In this document: piece by piece, positions 13,273 through 26,328 of the stretch | Layout: the number at the start of each line of letters is the position of its first letter | How positions within the stretch are numbered: the stretch's first letter is position 1 | Assembly: GCF_026210795.1 (NCBI RefSeq) | Contig: NC_089430.1 | Span: 6,014,001-6,078,000, forward strand | Length of the DNA: 64,000 nucleotides | Direction: 5' to 3' | Source of the DNA: Rhizophagus irregularis | Lineage: Eukaryota | Program-made: the position numbers and the translations under genes | Notes under the pieces: model-generated | Database searches by the model: none | What the model saw: only the letters and a program-made list of their open reading frames with translations | What the model was told of the DNA's origin: nothing

Positions 13273-14234
13273 CAGTCAACTCCCTCTATAGTCACTCCCG
13301 TTATAGTCACATTCTACTATATAGTCACACCAGTTGAATGTTCAAAACACTTTATTATTAAAATCTATCCTATATAGTCACAATCTATCTATAGTCACTA
13401 TCACACCTATCCTCAAAAATCTTATATTAAAAAGAACCGTTTATAATCACAGTTATATAAAGAATATATTAAATAACTTGGCATCTAATAATCGTACAAA
13501 GATGTATCATAGCTTGTTAGAATCGTCTTACTGAGACGAATCGAATGGTGGTAGTTTTATCCTTTTCCGATCACTGGCTGACGGGTTATTCAACAAAATG
13601 TTAAGCATCGGCATTATAATATTTCTTGATTTACATTTACTGCGCCATTTAACATTTTGCTAGATTTCTCGGTACCTAGTGATTGTAAAAAGACGATTTT
13701 TAGCTCGTTTGAATCGCCTCATCGAGACGAATCGAATGGTGGTAAGCTCATCTCTCTGTGATCAATATTGACGGAGTTATTACTTAAAAACCATTTAATA
13801 TTTTTTTAATTTCGGAAATTGATCTAGTGATTGGATTTCGATGTATCATATACCATTAGATTCGTCGCATCAAGACGAATCGAATGGTAGTAAGATCGTC
13901 TTTCTAGGATCAATATTGACAGAGTTATTACACAAAAACCATTAATATTTTTTTAATTTCGGAAATTAATCTAGTGATTGGATTTCGACGTATTTTATAC
14001 CATTAGAACCGTCTCATCAAGACGAATCGAATGGCGGTAAGATCATCTCTCTACGATTAATATTGGCGAAGTTACGATACAATAAAGTTTTAAGTATAAT
14101 TCTGGCTAAAATTATGTTAATTTTTGGCCGGAATTATGATATACAAATATAAGAAATTTTTTATATAGTCACATCTCTTTATAATCACCAAATATGGACT
14201 GTCCCAAATGTGTGACTATAAAGAGAGTTGACTG
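13273..14234 (+). mobile_element. Tc1/mariner(pogo)-type non-autonomous element, 962 bp, copy 1
   Basis: TIR CAGTCAACTC(C/T)CT(C/T)TATAGTCAC; TA TSD; near-identical inverted copy at 18457-20061. Confidence 0.9.
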
Positions 14235-14817
14235 TATCAGCTTCATTGGATAGGATGAATTTTAAAACTTTAAAAAACATTAATTCTAGGCGTGATAAAC
14301 ATGAAATTTTGGTGAGTTTTTAATAGATCTATTATTTAATGAAAATTTACTTACATTTCTTTTTTTTTTCATTTTTTTAGGTAACTAGTTTTCGGACCTT
14401 TGGATGTGTAAATTTCTTTTGTAGATATAATAGATAAATATTAGATAGGATATTAGATAAGATATTAGATAGGATATTAGATAGAATATTGCAATAATTA
14501 TAATAAATACAATTTATACAAATTTCGGAATAAAATCATAGACCTATCAGTATACAATACATATAATGATCATACAAGTATCATACAGGTATTATTGAAG
14601 TATATAGATACCGATATGAGTATGATATCTATACAATATTTTCATGATATTTATAAACCGATATGTAACTTATATGTAATTTATATGTAACTATCTCTTC
14701 CATTAATCGGTGCCATATCGGGATTACTAATCCGGAGATATCAGAATACGATATATGGATTATCAGGTGATTATCAGGTGACTGATATATTACCGATATT
14801 CCATCATTTGACCAGTG

Positions 14818-16439
14818 ATTCGTATAGGATATTTTTGATAAATAGAGATTTTTTTTTGAGATTTCTAAGTGTTCGTATGGGAAGAGTTCATATGGAATAT
14901 TTTGATAAAGATTTTCTAAGAGTTCGTATGGAAAGAGTTTATATAGGATATTTTAATAGAGATTTTTTTTGTGAAATTTTTTAGGGTTCGTATAAGATAT
15001 ATCTTTGATTGATAGAGATTTCTTTTTTGTAAAATTTTTTAGGGTTCGTATAGATAATGTTTTTGATAGAAAATTTTTTTTTTGAGATTTTCTAAGATTT
15101 GTATAGAAAATAGATTTTTTTTTTGAAATTTTCTAAGAATTTGTATGAGATATTTTTAATAGAGAATTTTTTTAGAATTTGAACATTAAATAAAAAATAA
15201 TATACTTTTTATTAAATTTATATTAAATAAATTAATATTATTAAACAATTTTAAAAAAATTTAGGTCTCTGAAAGTCAAAATAAAATTTAATACAAATTT
15301 AAAAGGTCACTATATATAAGGTAAAATTATGAGACGAGTAAATTTGAAATTTTCAGTTTCTGGAGATGCGATATTTATCTATTATATCTATTATTAACTA
15401 ATTAAAATTCGGTCTGATCTTTATGCACGTGACCTGATCTTAACATGCATATAAATTACCAAACTCGAGTTTGTTTATTTTTCAAAAAATATACATGCTC
15501 TTTCTTTTCTGTTTTTTCTTACTCACTTTACATTTTACAGATATATTAATTATTGTATTTTTGTCATTAAATTTATTGTACTGGCTATATTTTATTTTAT
15601 AATATTAACTTTATCACTTTTTAATATTACTAATGTAACGTTATATTTCTTTTATTTTATATTACTAATGTTATTCTTTTTTTTTATATTTTACTAACAT
15701 CATCACGTATTTTTCTTTTTTTTTATCAAACTCTTCATAATACTAACTTTGTATTTGTACTTTACTATGATTACTAACTTTTATATTTACACTTTACTAT
15801 TTATTAAATATTACTAACTTTATCAGTTATATTCTAACATCTGTTTTCAAATATTACATCATTTTGTAGTATAAAGTATTTAAAAAAAGATTATGAATGG
15901 TTTTTATTTAAATAAAAACACCATGTATTTTATTGTTTGTAGAGTTTATAATTTTAATAAATATTATAATGTGCTGTAATAAATTTTATTATTAGTTATG
16001 TGATTACTACCATAAATTAACCCATAAATTGACCATAAATTGACCATCGATTGACCATAAATTGACCATTAATTGACCATAAGTTAACCATCGATTGACC
16101 ATAAGTTGACCATCAATTGACCACAAATTGACCATCAATTGACCATAAATTGACCGCCAATCAGTCACCAATCGGTCACCAATCAGTCACCAATCCGTCA
16201 CCAACCGGTCACCAATCTGACACCAATCTGACACCAATCGGTCACCAATTTGATACCAATCGGTATATCAATCCATTATCAATCGGACTACCCAGTTGGT
16301 GTCAGATTTTGGCAGAAATCAGATGCCAATCGGGCAGCCCGATTGGTATCTGATTGAGGCAATCAGTTACCAATCAGGCACAAATCAGATACCCGATTGA
16401 TGACTGATTGATAACTGATTTGACACTTTTTGACCTGTG
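14818..16439. mobile_element. CACTA-like element C (right part), host of element B
   Basis: Ends ...CTTTTTGACCTGTG (rc CACAGGTCAAAA). Dense 10-11-bp subterminal repeats (ATTGACCATA, CACCAATC) at 16010-16420; ~40-bp repeats at 14820-15180. Confidence 0.6.
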
Positions 16440-16524
16440 TGAAAAGGAAGCTCTAGTACTTGGTGTCGACTACATAACAGAAGAGGAGGCAAAGAACTGG
16501 ATCAGTCCAAATGCACGTAAATCC
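16440..16524 (+). pseudogene. 5' piece of the substrate ORF that continues at 32514
   Basis: EKEALVLGVDYITEEEAKNWISPNARKS joins in frame across TSD TCC to R*RIKTWGARLQKHWKELDLG. Confidence 0.7.
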
Positions 16525-16987
16525 CACTAGTTAAATGAAGAGCTACCGGGTAAATTTCATATACCTGATAGCCCTATTATTTATTTTCGATTTTAATCTG
16601 AATGGGAGCTGATCAGTCCACCTGATTTGTGACCAGTTCTCGGCACAGATCAGGTATAAGTCATGTGACTTTTGGGTCAAGCAGCATTGGGTAAGTGTAA
16701 TATGAATATCGAAAGAATTTTAGCAATCTGATATCTCTCTTAATCCTTACCGAACTGTCTATAATATCAGTTGCATATTTGCTACATCGAAACCTGATTT
16801 CTTATTATTCTTATTATTTATTTATTTTATATACATTATTTATTTATTTATTTATTTATTTAAACGTATATTTTTTATTTCATTATTATACATAAATTAC
16901 ATTTATTTATCCTATTTTATCTATCTACATTATGTTGTTAATGGTTTGGAACATTGTTCCAGTTAGTTCGATTCCAGAAAATAACTA

Positions 16988-17418
16988 CAGTCAAACTTCG
17001 ATATACTGATACTGTCGGGACAGGAAAAAAGTATCGGTACATTGAAACATCGGTACATATATATTATCTGTAAATTATAATGCGGGCCAAAATCTAATTT
17101 TAGCTCGCACTATGCTTAATTCCGAAAAACCAAAAAAATATGATTTTGCCAGACGCTCGAATTATAAGTTTACAATTTTTTTAACTCGAGCCAAACCAGC
17201 CCAAATTAAAACCAGTGTAACCTAAATTATTGGTACATCTTTATTATACGTTACTATAAAGGGACAAAGAAAGAGTATCGTTACATGTTACATCGCGAAA
17301 CTATATATAATATCGGTACAACAAGGTTTTTTTATTAATTATGAAATGGGATAATTGAAATTTATCGGTATAGACCATTTATCGGTATATAGAATATCGG
17401 TACATCGAGGTTTGACTG
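16988..17418. mobile_element. Tc1/mariner-type MITE, 431 bp
   Basis: TA|CAGTCAAACTTCGATATACTGATA...TATCGGTACATCGAGGTTTGACTG|TA. Confidence 0.85.
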
Positions 17419-17419
17419 T

Positions 17420-18202
17420 ATTCAATTCTTTCGAAATGGTGTCCAGAATCTACAAAAGAAATAAAGTTTCGTTATAGAGAAATAAAGAAAAAAAGAAAAA
17501 CTCAATCTTGAAGCTTTACCTTCGAACTTTCACTTTTTAGGTCCCAGGTTTCCATATAGAAAAGAAAAATAAACTTTAGCAAACGTTTGTTAAAAACAAA
17601 ATAAAAAAAATGACATTTTGAATTGTCACTTTCGAAATGTTTGAAAGGAAACTGGGACCTAAAAAATAAAATAAATAAATGTTAGTATAACATTTGTTAG
17701 AAGAAAGTAAAAAAAATTTGAAGTATTACCTTCGAAATTCTGCGTTCAGAAAGTTGAAAACCTACAAAAAGAGAAAACAAAATGTTGAAACATTAGTCAA
17801 CATTTCGTTTAAATAAATATAAAAAAAAACAATAGTCTTCGAAGTTTTACCTTAATGGCGGTTGGGTTCCTACAAAAAGAATAAAAATGAAACATTAGTA
17901 CGTTTCATTAATAAAATATAAAAAAAATAAATCTTTTTGAAATTTCAACTTTGAAATGGGAACGCTTCGACTTCCTGATCCTAAAAAAAGACACGAAACA
18001 TTAGTACCTTTTCGCTAAAACAAAAATAAAAAACAAAAAAATAAAATGATAAAGAATAACTTCGAAATTCCATCCAATAGAGTTTCAGAGAGCTGAATAC
18101 CTACAAAAGAAAAACTGAAACGTTAGTAACATTTTGCTGAAATAAATCAAAAAGATAAAATAAAATAAAAAATAAAATAAAAAATCAATGTTACCTTCGA
18201 AA
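17420..18202 (-). repeat. Micro-exon/intron-like array of element D, downstream half
   Basis: Minus strand: ...TTTCGAAG|GTAA...ACTAAC...TTTTGTAG| repeated about 7-8 times with diverged exons. Confidence 0.75.
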
Positions 18203-18998
18203 TAGCACTGGTCAAAATTGATGCTATCGGGTACATATCGGGTACCTATATATCAGTGACTAATCAGATACATATCGGACATTTATTACATATCGGGTAC
18301 CCGATATGTAACATATCAAATATGCCTAAAAATCGGATTTCCGATATCTAAACGATTAGTCACCGATATGTAACACTGAATCAATCTTACACATATCGGG
18401 TACCGATATGCAAAATATTTATTTATTGTATTTGTATTATATAATTCAAAGAGGTACAGTCAACTCTCTTTATAGTCACACATTTGGGACAGTCCATATT
18501 TGGTGATTATAAAGAGATATGACTATATAAAAAATTTCTTATATTAGTATATCATAATTCTGGCCAAAAATTAACATAATTTTAGCCAAAATTATACTCA
18601 AAACTTTATTGTATCGTAACTCTGCCAATATTCCAATATTAATTGTAGAGAGATGATCTTACCGCCATTCGATTTGTCTTGATGAGACGGTTCTAATGGT
18701 ATAAAATACGTCGAAATCCAATCACTAGATTAATTTCCAAAATTAAAAAATATTAAATGGTTTTTAAGTAGTAACTCCGTCAATATTGATCACAGAGAGA
18801 TGAGCTTACCACCATTCGATTCGTCTTGATGAGGAGATTCCAACGAGCTATTAATCGTCTTTTTACAATCACTAGGTACTGAGAAATTTAGCAAAATGTT
18901 AAATGGCGCAGTAAACGTAAATCAAGAAATATAATAATGCCGATGTTTAACATTTTGTTGAATAACTCGTCAGCCAGTGATCGGAAAAGGATAAAACT

Positions 18999-19765
18999 TT
19001 TGGCTGTGTCAGAATGTTCTTTTCCATGCTTGGGAGGAGTCGCAGGGTATCTCGGCTGCTTCCAAATTATGTAGCCCATCTACTAATTCTTTCCCTAATA
19101 CTACTTCTCCACAACAACACAACTCTTCTTTGGCGTCAGTTTCTCAGGATTCCTGGATTTCTTGGATATCCTCTTCTATAATTCGGGGTGGATCTTGGAT
19201 CTCGCACTTGGATTTTCTGCGCCGCTTAACAGTTCAACCTCTTAGGATTTCTTTCTGGTAACGGACTGGATTTTTGGATGTTGGATAGTTGACTCACACT
19301 GGCCTTCGGGTAAAGTTGGGGTATGCGTAAGGTTGCTTGCCGAAACCTAGGGGTTTAGGCAAGATGGCGTTTTGCCGAAAAGCGAAATTCTGCTGAAACT
19401 ATATTAAAGTTATATTAAAAAACTGGCGAAACTTTGGAGAAAGGCGAAACTGCCAAAACTTATTATAAATGCCGAAACTGCCGAAACTCTGCCAAAACTA
19501 TAATAAATCTATAGTAAAATTTTGACGAAACTAATCGTAGGATTTTGAGGAGGTTTAGACAAGCAACCTTAGGTATGCGATTCTGTAATAGTTCAGTTTT
19601 TCTTTGCTTTAAATTTTTTTAGTTTAGATTTCTTTACTTGTATGAGTCGTGAAGCTACTCTTTTTATTTTTTATTAGTTTATTTTCTTATTTTTGTAATA
19701 TTGTTCGATTACTTTTCGAAGTCTAAAGTATAAATAAAAGATAAAGTCATAAGACTGTTTGCACA
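18999..19765 (+). mobile_element. 5'-truncated non-LTR retrotransposon 3' end
   Basis: 16-bp TSD GGAAAAGGATAAAACT (18983-18998 and 19766-19781; single in copy 1). Frame WLCQNVLFHAWEESQGISAASK...ISFW* (19001-19261) resembles fungal LINE ORF2 C-termini. Confidence 0.75.
19328..19571 (-). mobile_element. hAT-type MITE, 244 bp, copy 2
   Basis: Same TIRs; 8-bp TSD GGTATGCG. Confidence 0.9.
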
Positions 19766-20340
19766 GGAAAAGGATAAAACTACCACCATTCGATTCGTCT
19801 CAGTGAGACGATTCTAACAAGCTATGATACATCTTTGTACGATTATTAGATGCCAAGTTATTTAATATATTTTTTATATAACTGTAATTATAAACAGTTC
19901 TTTTTAATATAAGATTTTTGAGGATAGGTGTGATAGTGACTATAGATAGATTGTGACTATATAGGATAGTTTTTAATAATAAAGTGTTTTGAACATTCAA
20001 CTGGTGTGACTATATAGTAGAATGTGACTATAACGGGAGTGACTATAGAGGGAGTTGACTGTATATTAAAATTATTACTAAAAAAAGTATTTTAATATTA
20101 AAGATAATCGTTTATTCATATAAAACCCCTTATTTTCAATTTTTTTTTATTTTTTCTGATATCACGAATAACTGACGAAAATATTAAAAATATACATATT
20201 TTATTTTAAAATTAATTGGATTGAATGTTCAAATTAATCTTACATACAACTTTATTTTAATCAATTCGTATAAATGCCAATTGATAAGAATAACCTAATA
20301 AAAGTATTTAATCATAATATTTAATTATTTTTATGTTTTT

Positions 20341-21482
20341 TTACCCCCCTTTTTTTGCTTTTTTTGTTTTTTTTATTTTTATTTTTTTATTTTCATATTC
20401 ATCGTTATGATATTCGTCACTTTCTTCATCTTGATCAGTATTATAATCATATGTTGGAATTTCATTTGTTGAATGATTAAATCTTTTAAGAGCCTCGTCA
20501 GTCAGACACCAATTTGGTGTATCCACTGGAGGCATACTTGTTGTTGTTTTACATCTTTGAACTCTTTTAATTTTTAGAATTCGAGGTTTTTTCCTCAGTT
20601 TTTCAACGGTCAGATCAATCCGATCATGTAATAAACGCTGAAGCTTTAATAAATAATTACTATTGATAAATAAAATAAAAAAAATAATCATAAATATATA
20701 GTACATACTGCAGAAGAACGCCACCATGTTTTATATATATGAATTGACATTGTCTTTTCTTTAACAGCAGATTCTTCACCAATTATATCATTTTCTTCAT
20801 CAGAATCAGTTTCCTCCCACTCCTCTGAATGATAACCAGATTCCTTAAGAATTCGTACAAGCTCCTTCTCCGGGTATCTACGAATGTATTTATCATTATT
20901 TTCTATTAAATAGTTTGCCGCTTGAGCTCTTCTTTTTTTTTCTATAATAATAAATAATTATAAAATTAAATAAAATTAACTAAATTCCCACTTCATATTA
21001 ATAAAATGGTTACTAACGTCCATAGTTCTTGAATTCTTCTTTAATCTCCTCCTATCCATTTTCACTTTGTCGTCTCCTTGCTTCTTTATATTGCTTACAT
21101 GATGGCGTGAACGCCAACGTCCATGTAACATCTTTAAGATGTCACTATTCGAAACATTATACTTTTTGTTGACTAACTTATAAAGCGGTGGAAGTAATTT
21201 TGTAATTATATTTTCTTTTTGTTCAAGCCACGTACGATCACTATCGATCTCATATATATCCTTAAATTCAGAATCTATCCAGATAAAGACTTCTTTCTAT
21301 AAATAATAAATAAACGTAAATATTTGGGAAAATTCAATGACAGATAATAAAAAAATACTTACTTTAATTGTTCGATACATATTTTGATTCAAATGAATAG
21401 CATTGTCTGACAAGGACGAAGATGAATAGGTAGAAGATGATGAGGAAGATGAGGAGGTAGATTCTTGATCACTATCCATCAT
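20341..21482 (-). CDS. CACTA accessory (partner) protein, multi-exon
   Basis: Spliced frame includes KKRRAQAA..SGYHSEEWEETDSD..TWWRSSA|LQRLLHDRID..PPVDTPNWCL; homologous to 8425-10989. The 5' end is uncertain. Confidence 0.6.
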
Positions 21483-21961
21483 TGCCTACTTTGATTGCTT
21501 TGATTAAGAAGAGGAATTTGTGAAAAAAGATTTGTGAGCAAATTTATAGATTTCGAAGTTGTTGAGATTTGACTACGCGAATGAGTAATGCGAGATACAC
21601 GAATGAGTGACGTGAGATATGCGAACTTGATTTTGAAGAACTGCATGCGAATTTGATCTAAAAGAATAATTAAACGTTTATTTTATCTTACCAAAAACGC
21701 GAAACTGATTTTGAAATAGGAATTAAACGCGAAACTAATCTTAATCTTAAGGAAAAATTGAACGTGTATCTGATCCTAAAAGAAAGGTTGAACACGAAAT
21801 TGAAGAATTGAACGCGAACTTGTTCTTGATCCTAAAAAAGTGATTGAAGAACCTGATTTTGGAAAAATTGAATTGATAATTTTTTTGAAAATTTTTTAAT
21901 AAGCGTACTTCATTTAAGTAATTGTAACCTTAACTTTCTTAGCTATTTCATAAAATACAAA

Positions 21962-24900
21962 ATGAATAATAAAAAAAGTAAAATTGAAACCTTTAACTCC
22001 GTGTCTGATTTAGTAAAACACAAAAAAAGTAAAATTGAAACCTCTACCTCTGTTTCTGATTTAGTAAAACCCAGGAAAAGTAAAATTGAAACTTCTGCCT
22101 CCGTGTCTGATTTAATAAAATCCAAAAAAACTAAAATTGAAATCTCTACCTCTGTATCTGATTTAATAAAATCTAAAACGGCCAATTCAATAAAATTAAA
22201 AAAACCAAAAATGGCCGATTTAATAAAACCCAGAAAAAGGTATTTGTATCCATACCATTGTATTCGTTGTGACGGCACAGAGGTTGATTTTCGCACTCAA
22301 GAAAATCATACAAATGATGAAAGTTTGTGGAACTCAGAGGATACTAGGAAAAATCAGGAAGATACTATTACAGCGAGAAAACAAAAAAGATTAATCATTA
22401 TTCAAGATGTAAACCTTACAAAAAAGCGAAAAAGGGCATCAAGTTCTAATCTTGATTCTTCCCAACATAATAGTGGCTTTAATCGTTTCAATGAAGATAC
22501 TGATTCATTCCAACCAAATAATAATGAAAACATACATACATTATTTTCATCATCACCATTATTGCCAAATCCTTCTTATTTTCATGTTCCAGCACCTGAT
22601 GAAAATAAGAATAACGATGAATATATATATTACAATGAAGAAGAAGAAAATGATGATAATGAGGATGATGGTGATGAGGATGACAGTGATGAGGATGACG
22701 GCGATGAGGATGATGGCGATGAGAATAATGGTGCTGAAAATAATGGTGGTGAAGATGAAGGTGATTATAATGAAGAAGAAGATGATGATGATGATGGAGA
22801 TGATGAGGAGGAGGAGGAGGATATAGAAGAATTTTTTTCATCTCCTGAAATTGGTAATGATGAAGTATTTGTGATGGAAAGTTTAAATGATTCTATAGAA
22901 ACCAAAATTATTCTATGGGTATTCAAATTTCAACAAAGATTTAGACTTCCAGATATAGCACTTGAAGTATTAATAAAATTCTTACATATTGTACTTACTC
23001 GTTTAGATAAATCACAATTTAAAAATTTTCCAGCATCCTTATATCTTGCAAAAAAAATGTTAAATATCTTTCAACCAAAAATGCAGTTAGCTGTATGCAA
23101 CAATTGTCATAAATTGTATAATGTTAGAAATATTGTTGAATACAAAGAAGAAGGAAAAGCTGCTATTGCAAATTGCCTACATGAAGAATTCCCAGATAAT
23201 CCAGTACCTAGTCGTCGTAATAAATGCAACAATCCACTTTCTATTCTTAAAAAAAGAAAGGGTAAAATAATTGCTGTACCTCGTATGATTTACCCTAAAC
23301 CAAGTATTCGTCAGCAATTAAGTATGTTATACCAACGACCTGGGTTTGAAGATATGCTGGAATTATCAGGAATTCAAAGAGGAGGGGTTAATACCTATTC
23401 AGATATTTATGATGGTAAGGTATGGAAAACTTTCCCATTTAATGGTGATACCTTCTTTACACCAGAAACTGCGACAACACACCTGGGCCTTCTCTTTAAT
23501 CTTGATTGGTTTCAACCTTTCACCTATACTCAACACAGTGCTGGTGCTATTTACGCGTCTATCTGTAATCTTCCGAGAACAGAAAGGAATAAACCCGAAA
23601 ATATTATTTACTTAGGTTTTTTGCCAGGACTGAAAGAAGTAGGGTTGGAACGTATTAACCATTATTTAGCCCCTATTGTGGATGAGCTTTTAGAACTCTG
23701 GAAGGGCTGGAGAGTTCCAAAGACCTACCAATATACTGAAGGTTTAGACATAAAAGTTGCATTAATTATTGGATCATCAGATACACCAGCAACACGAAAG
23801 TTATTTGGGCATGGCTCAGCAGTAATGAAATGTCATAGGTGTGAAAAGCGTAGTACTTATAGTGAAGTTTATAAAAAAACTCATTATGGAGGAATGCAAG
23901 AATATGATAAATGGATAACAAATCCCATAAATCCTTCATTACATAGGCAATATGCTCATGAATGGTTGCAATGCAATTCGAAGTCCTCCAGAGATACACA
24001 TTTTAAAGAACATGGTGTAAGGTGGAGCGAGTTGCTTCGCTTACCATATATGGATCCCATAAGATTTGCCGTGGTGGATCCAATGCATTGTTTTTTTCTA
24101 GGTATAGCAAAATGGATAATCAAATCCATTTTCATTAATCAAAATAAGTTAAGCATGGAGCAACTTCGAATTGCACAAAAGAGACTGGATTATATTGAAT
24201 TACCTTCTGATATCGGTAGAATCCCCCAAAGATTGCAATTGGAAATGAAGGTTTTTCAAATTTAACTGCTGATCAATGAAAAACCTTTATTATGATTTAT
24301 TCCACGCCTATACTATGGGACATGCTAGATAATAATGATAGAAAAATCTTAGGACATTTTGTTCGAGCATGTAATCTTTTAGTAGCAAGATTTATTACAG
24401 AAGATGATCTGAGAGAAGCGCAAGAGAGGTTGAAGGACATGGCTCACCTTATAGAAAGAACATATGAGCCAGAATTTATAACAAGCAACATATACCTTGC
24501 ACTTTATATTTCCGACTGTTACCGTGACTATGGTTTCATATATAGTTTTTGGCTTTTTCCATATGAGAGACTTAATGGATATATTGGTAAGATGTTTGTT
24601 GTTATGTTAATATTTTTTAAAAATAAAGAATACAAATAAATCTATTATTATTATCCAGGATCATACCCTAATAGTAATCGACAAATAGAGCCTGAACTTA
24701 TGCGAATCGTTCTTAAGAATACTTTAATAGATTATCATTTATCTTATAAATGGTCATCTGGTCTTCTAAAAAAATCTCTTAGTCTTATTATGCCAAAACA
24801 AGCTGTGGGTAGTTTGGCATTTACGGCAGAAAAGGATGAGTTACAACACTTTTTGTCCATGAGACATAATACATCTACGTTTTCCAAAATATATGGTACT

Positions 24901-25476
24901 GAGAAATTACCGGGTCAAATGCTTAATCCTTCGTGTTTCAAAGTTATGATACCTTTAGAATTGCGTAGATTTCTATGTGAATGGTATTCTATATTATATG
25001 AAAAAGAACAAAATAAAGTATTAGGATTTATGGACCTGGTAATTGATCAACACGTAAGATTACAAATTGGTGCTGAAATATTTGGATCTATGATTTCGGG
25101 TCATCAAGAAAAAAATGTAACTATTCTTGCAAAATGGAAAGCGTCTAATGATGATTCAGTTGATATATACCCAGGAGATGTTCAATATTATTTTGAACAT
25201 ACACTTAGATTACCTGAAGGACCAAGAAAACATCTTTTAGCATATGTTAAGTGGTATAAAAGTGCACCTTCCTCTGATATCCGGTTTAAACATAGATTCA
25301 TAGAACCAGAGATATCAAATACCGAACTATGGCAAGCTGAATACTTTCAGGAAGGTTGTGATTCAATAATAGCTGTTCATAGAATACTATGTAGAGCTAC
25401 AAAATTCAAAAGTGTGTGCGTAGGAAAAAGGAAATATTTGTCAATAATACCATTAAATAGAAAATTTAATTTATAG
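21962..25476 (+). pseudogene. CACTA/CMC transposase (Transposase_21-like core) with a frameshift and a premature stop
   Basis: CNNCHKLY, DIYDGKVWK, NLDWFQPF, SDTPATRK, DPMHCFFLG, FWLFPYERLNG. Frameshift ~24230, TGG>TGA ~24277, intron ~24588-24658. N-terminal 16-aa repeats (KKSKIETSTSVSDLVK) and an acidic tract. Confidence 0.9.
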
Positions 25477-26328
25477 ATTTCTTTAAAAATTAACATTTCA
25501 TTGTATTACATTCGATAATAAAGGTAATACGGTCATACAGAATACAATAATAAAATTTCCTTTTATAATAATTAAAATTGATCATCACACCAAAATCATA
25601 AATTGCTAAATTTGTTAAGTGACAATATTAAATTTTGCTCGTAGACAAAGTCAAAATTAACCTTATATAGAATAAAGATCTACCGATGATTAATTCGCGA
25701 TTAATATTTAATTATGCAAACGCAAATTTTTACAATTACTTTACAATTAAAATTGATTGTATGCAAATCATGTACGAAATACATTAACATTATTAAATAA
25801 CAATCATTGGTATCATACCACACCGATAATCGGTCGGTGTCGGTCATAATTGTATTTGTAAAAAAATAAAATTTAAACAAAGACTGATTTAATAAATTTA
25901 TAAATTTTTTTCTCGTGACGTTCACTCAACTTGCAAGGAGAATATTTAATTTATTTACGCTGGATATATTATAGTTCTTAAAATTGTTTTCTGTATAATG
26001 AATTTAATGATATAATACTTGTATCATTTAATTGTGTAATACCTGTATCAATCAAACATATCAATTTAATTGATTACTTTAAAACTGATTTTTTTAAGAG
26101 TATACAAAATTATTTCTCTGATTCGTAATACAGAAATAATAGAAATAATCACAATTAAGATCAAATTATATTATGATTATGCGCAGAAAAGTGGTATATT
26201 TTTTTACATAAATAAGGCAATTATCGAATTTTTTTTATTTATCTTTTTAACCCAATTTTTCATCATAATAAATCAATCTTTTTAACCCAATTTTTTATCA
26301 CAATAAATCAATTTTTTATTTATAATAA

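Larger units (their letters stand above)
12040..14420 (+). repeat. Array of ~11 micro-exon/intron-like units (~103-115 bp)
   Basis: TTTTCTTTTATTTGTAG|ATGTCGGCTTTGATTCTTGGATGTTGGATAG|GTGAGT/GTGGGT/GTAAGT repeated; interrupted by two MITEs. Confidence 0.8.
12040..14817. mobile_element. CACTA-like element B (right part), host of element A
   Basis: Ends ...CATTTGACCAGTG; CCGAT/ATCGG-type subterminal repeats at 14600-14800. Confidence 0.6.
18457..20061 (-). mobile_element. Tc1/mariner-type element copy 2 (inverted), carrying nested LINE fragment and hAT MITE
   Basis: Reverse complement of 13273-14234 plus a 767-bp insert; TA TSD. Confidence 0.9.

Noticed and set aside
13334..13534. ORF duplicated at 19800-20000
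   Set aside because: Conserved only because it lies in two copies of the same non-autonomous element; no protein features.
22452..22841. Met-rich and His-rich ORFs
   Set aside because: Alternative frames of the transposase acidic (GAT/GAG)n tract.
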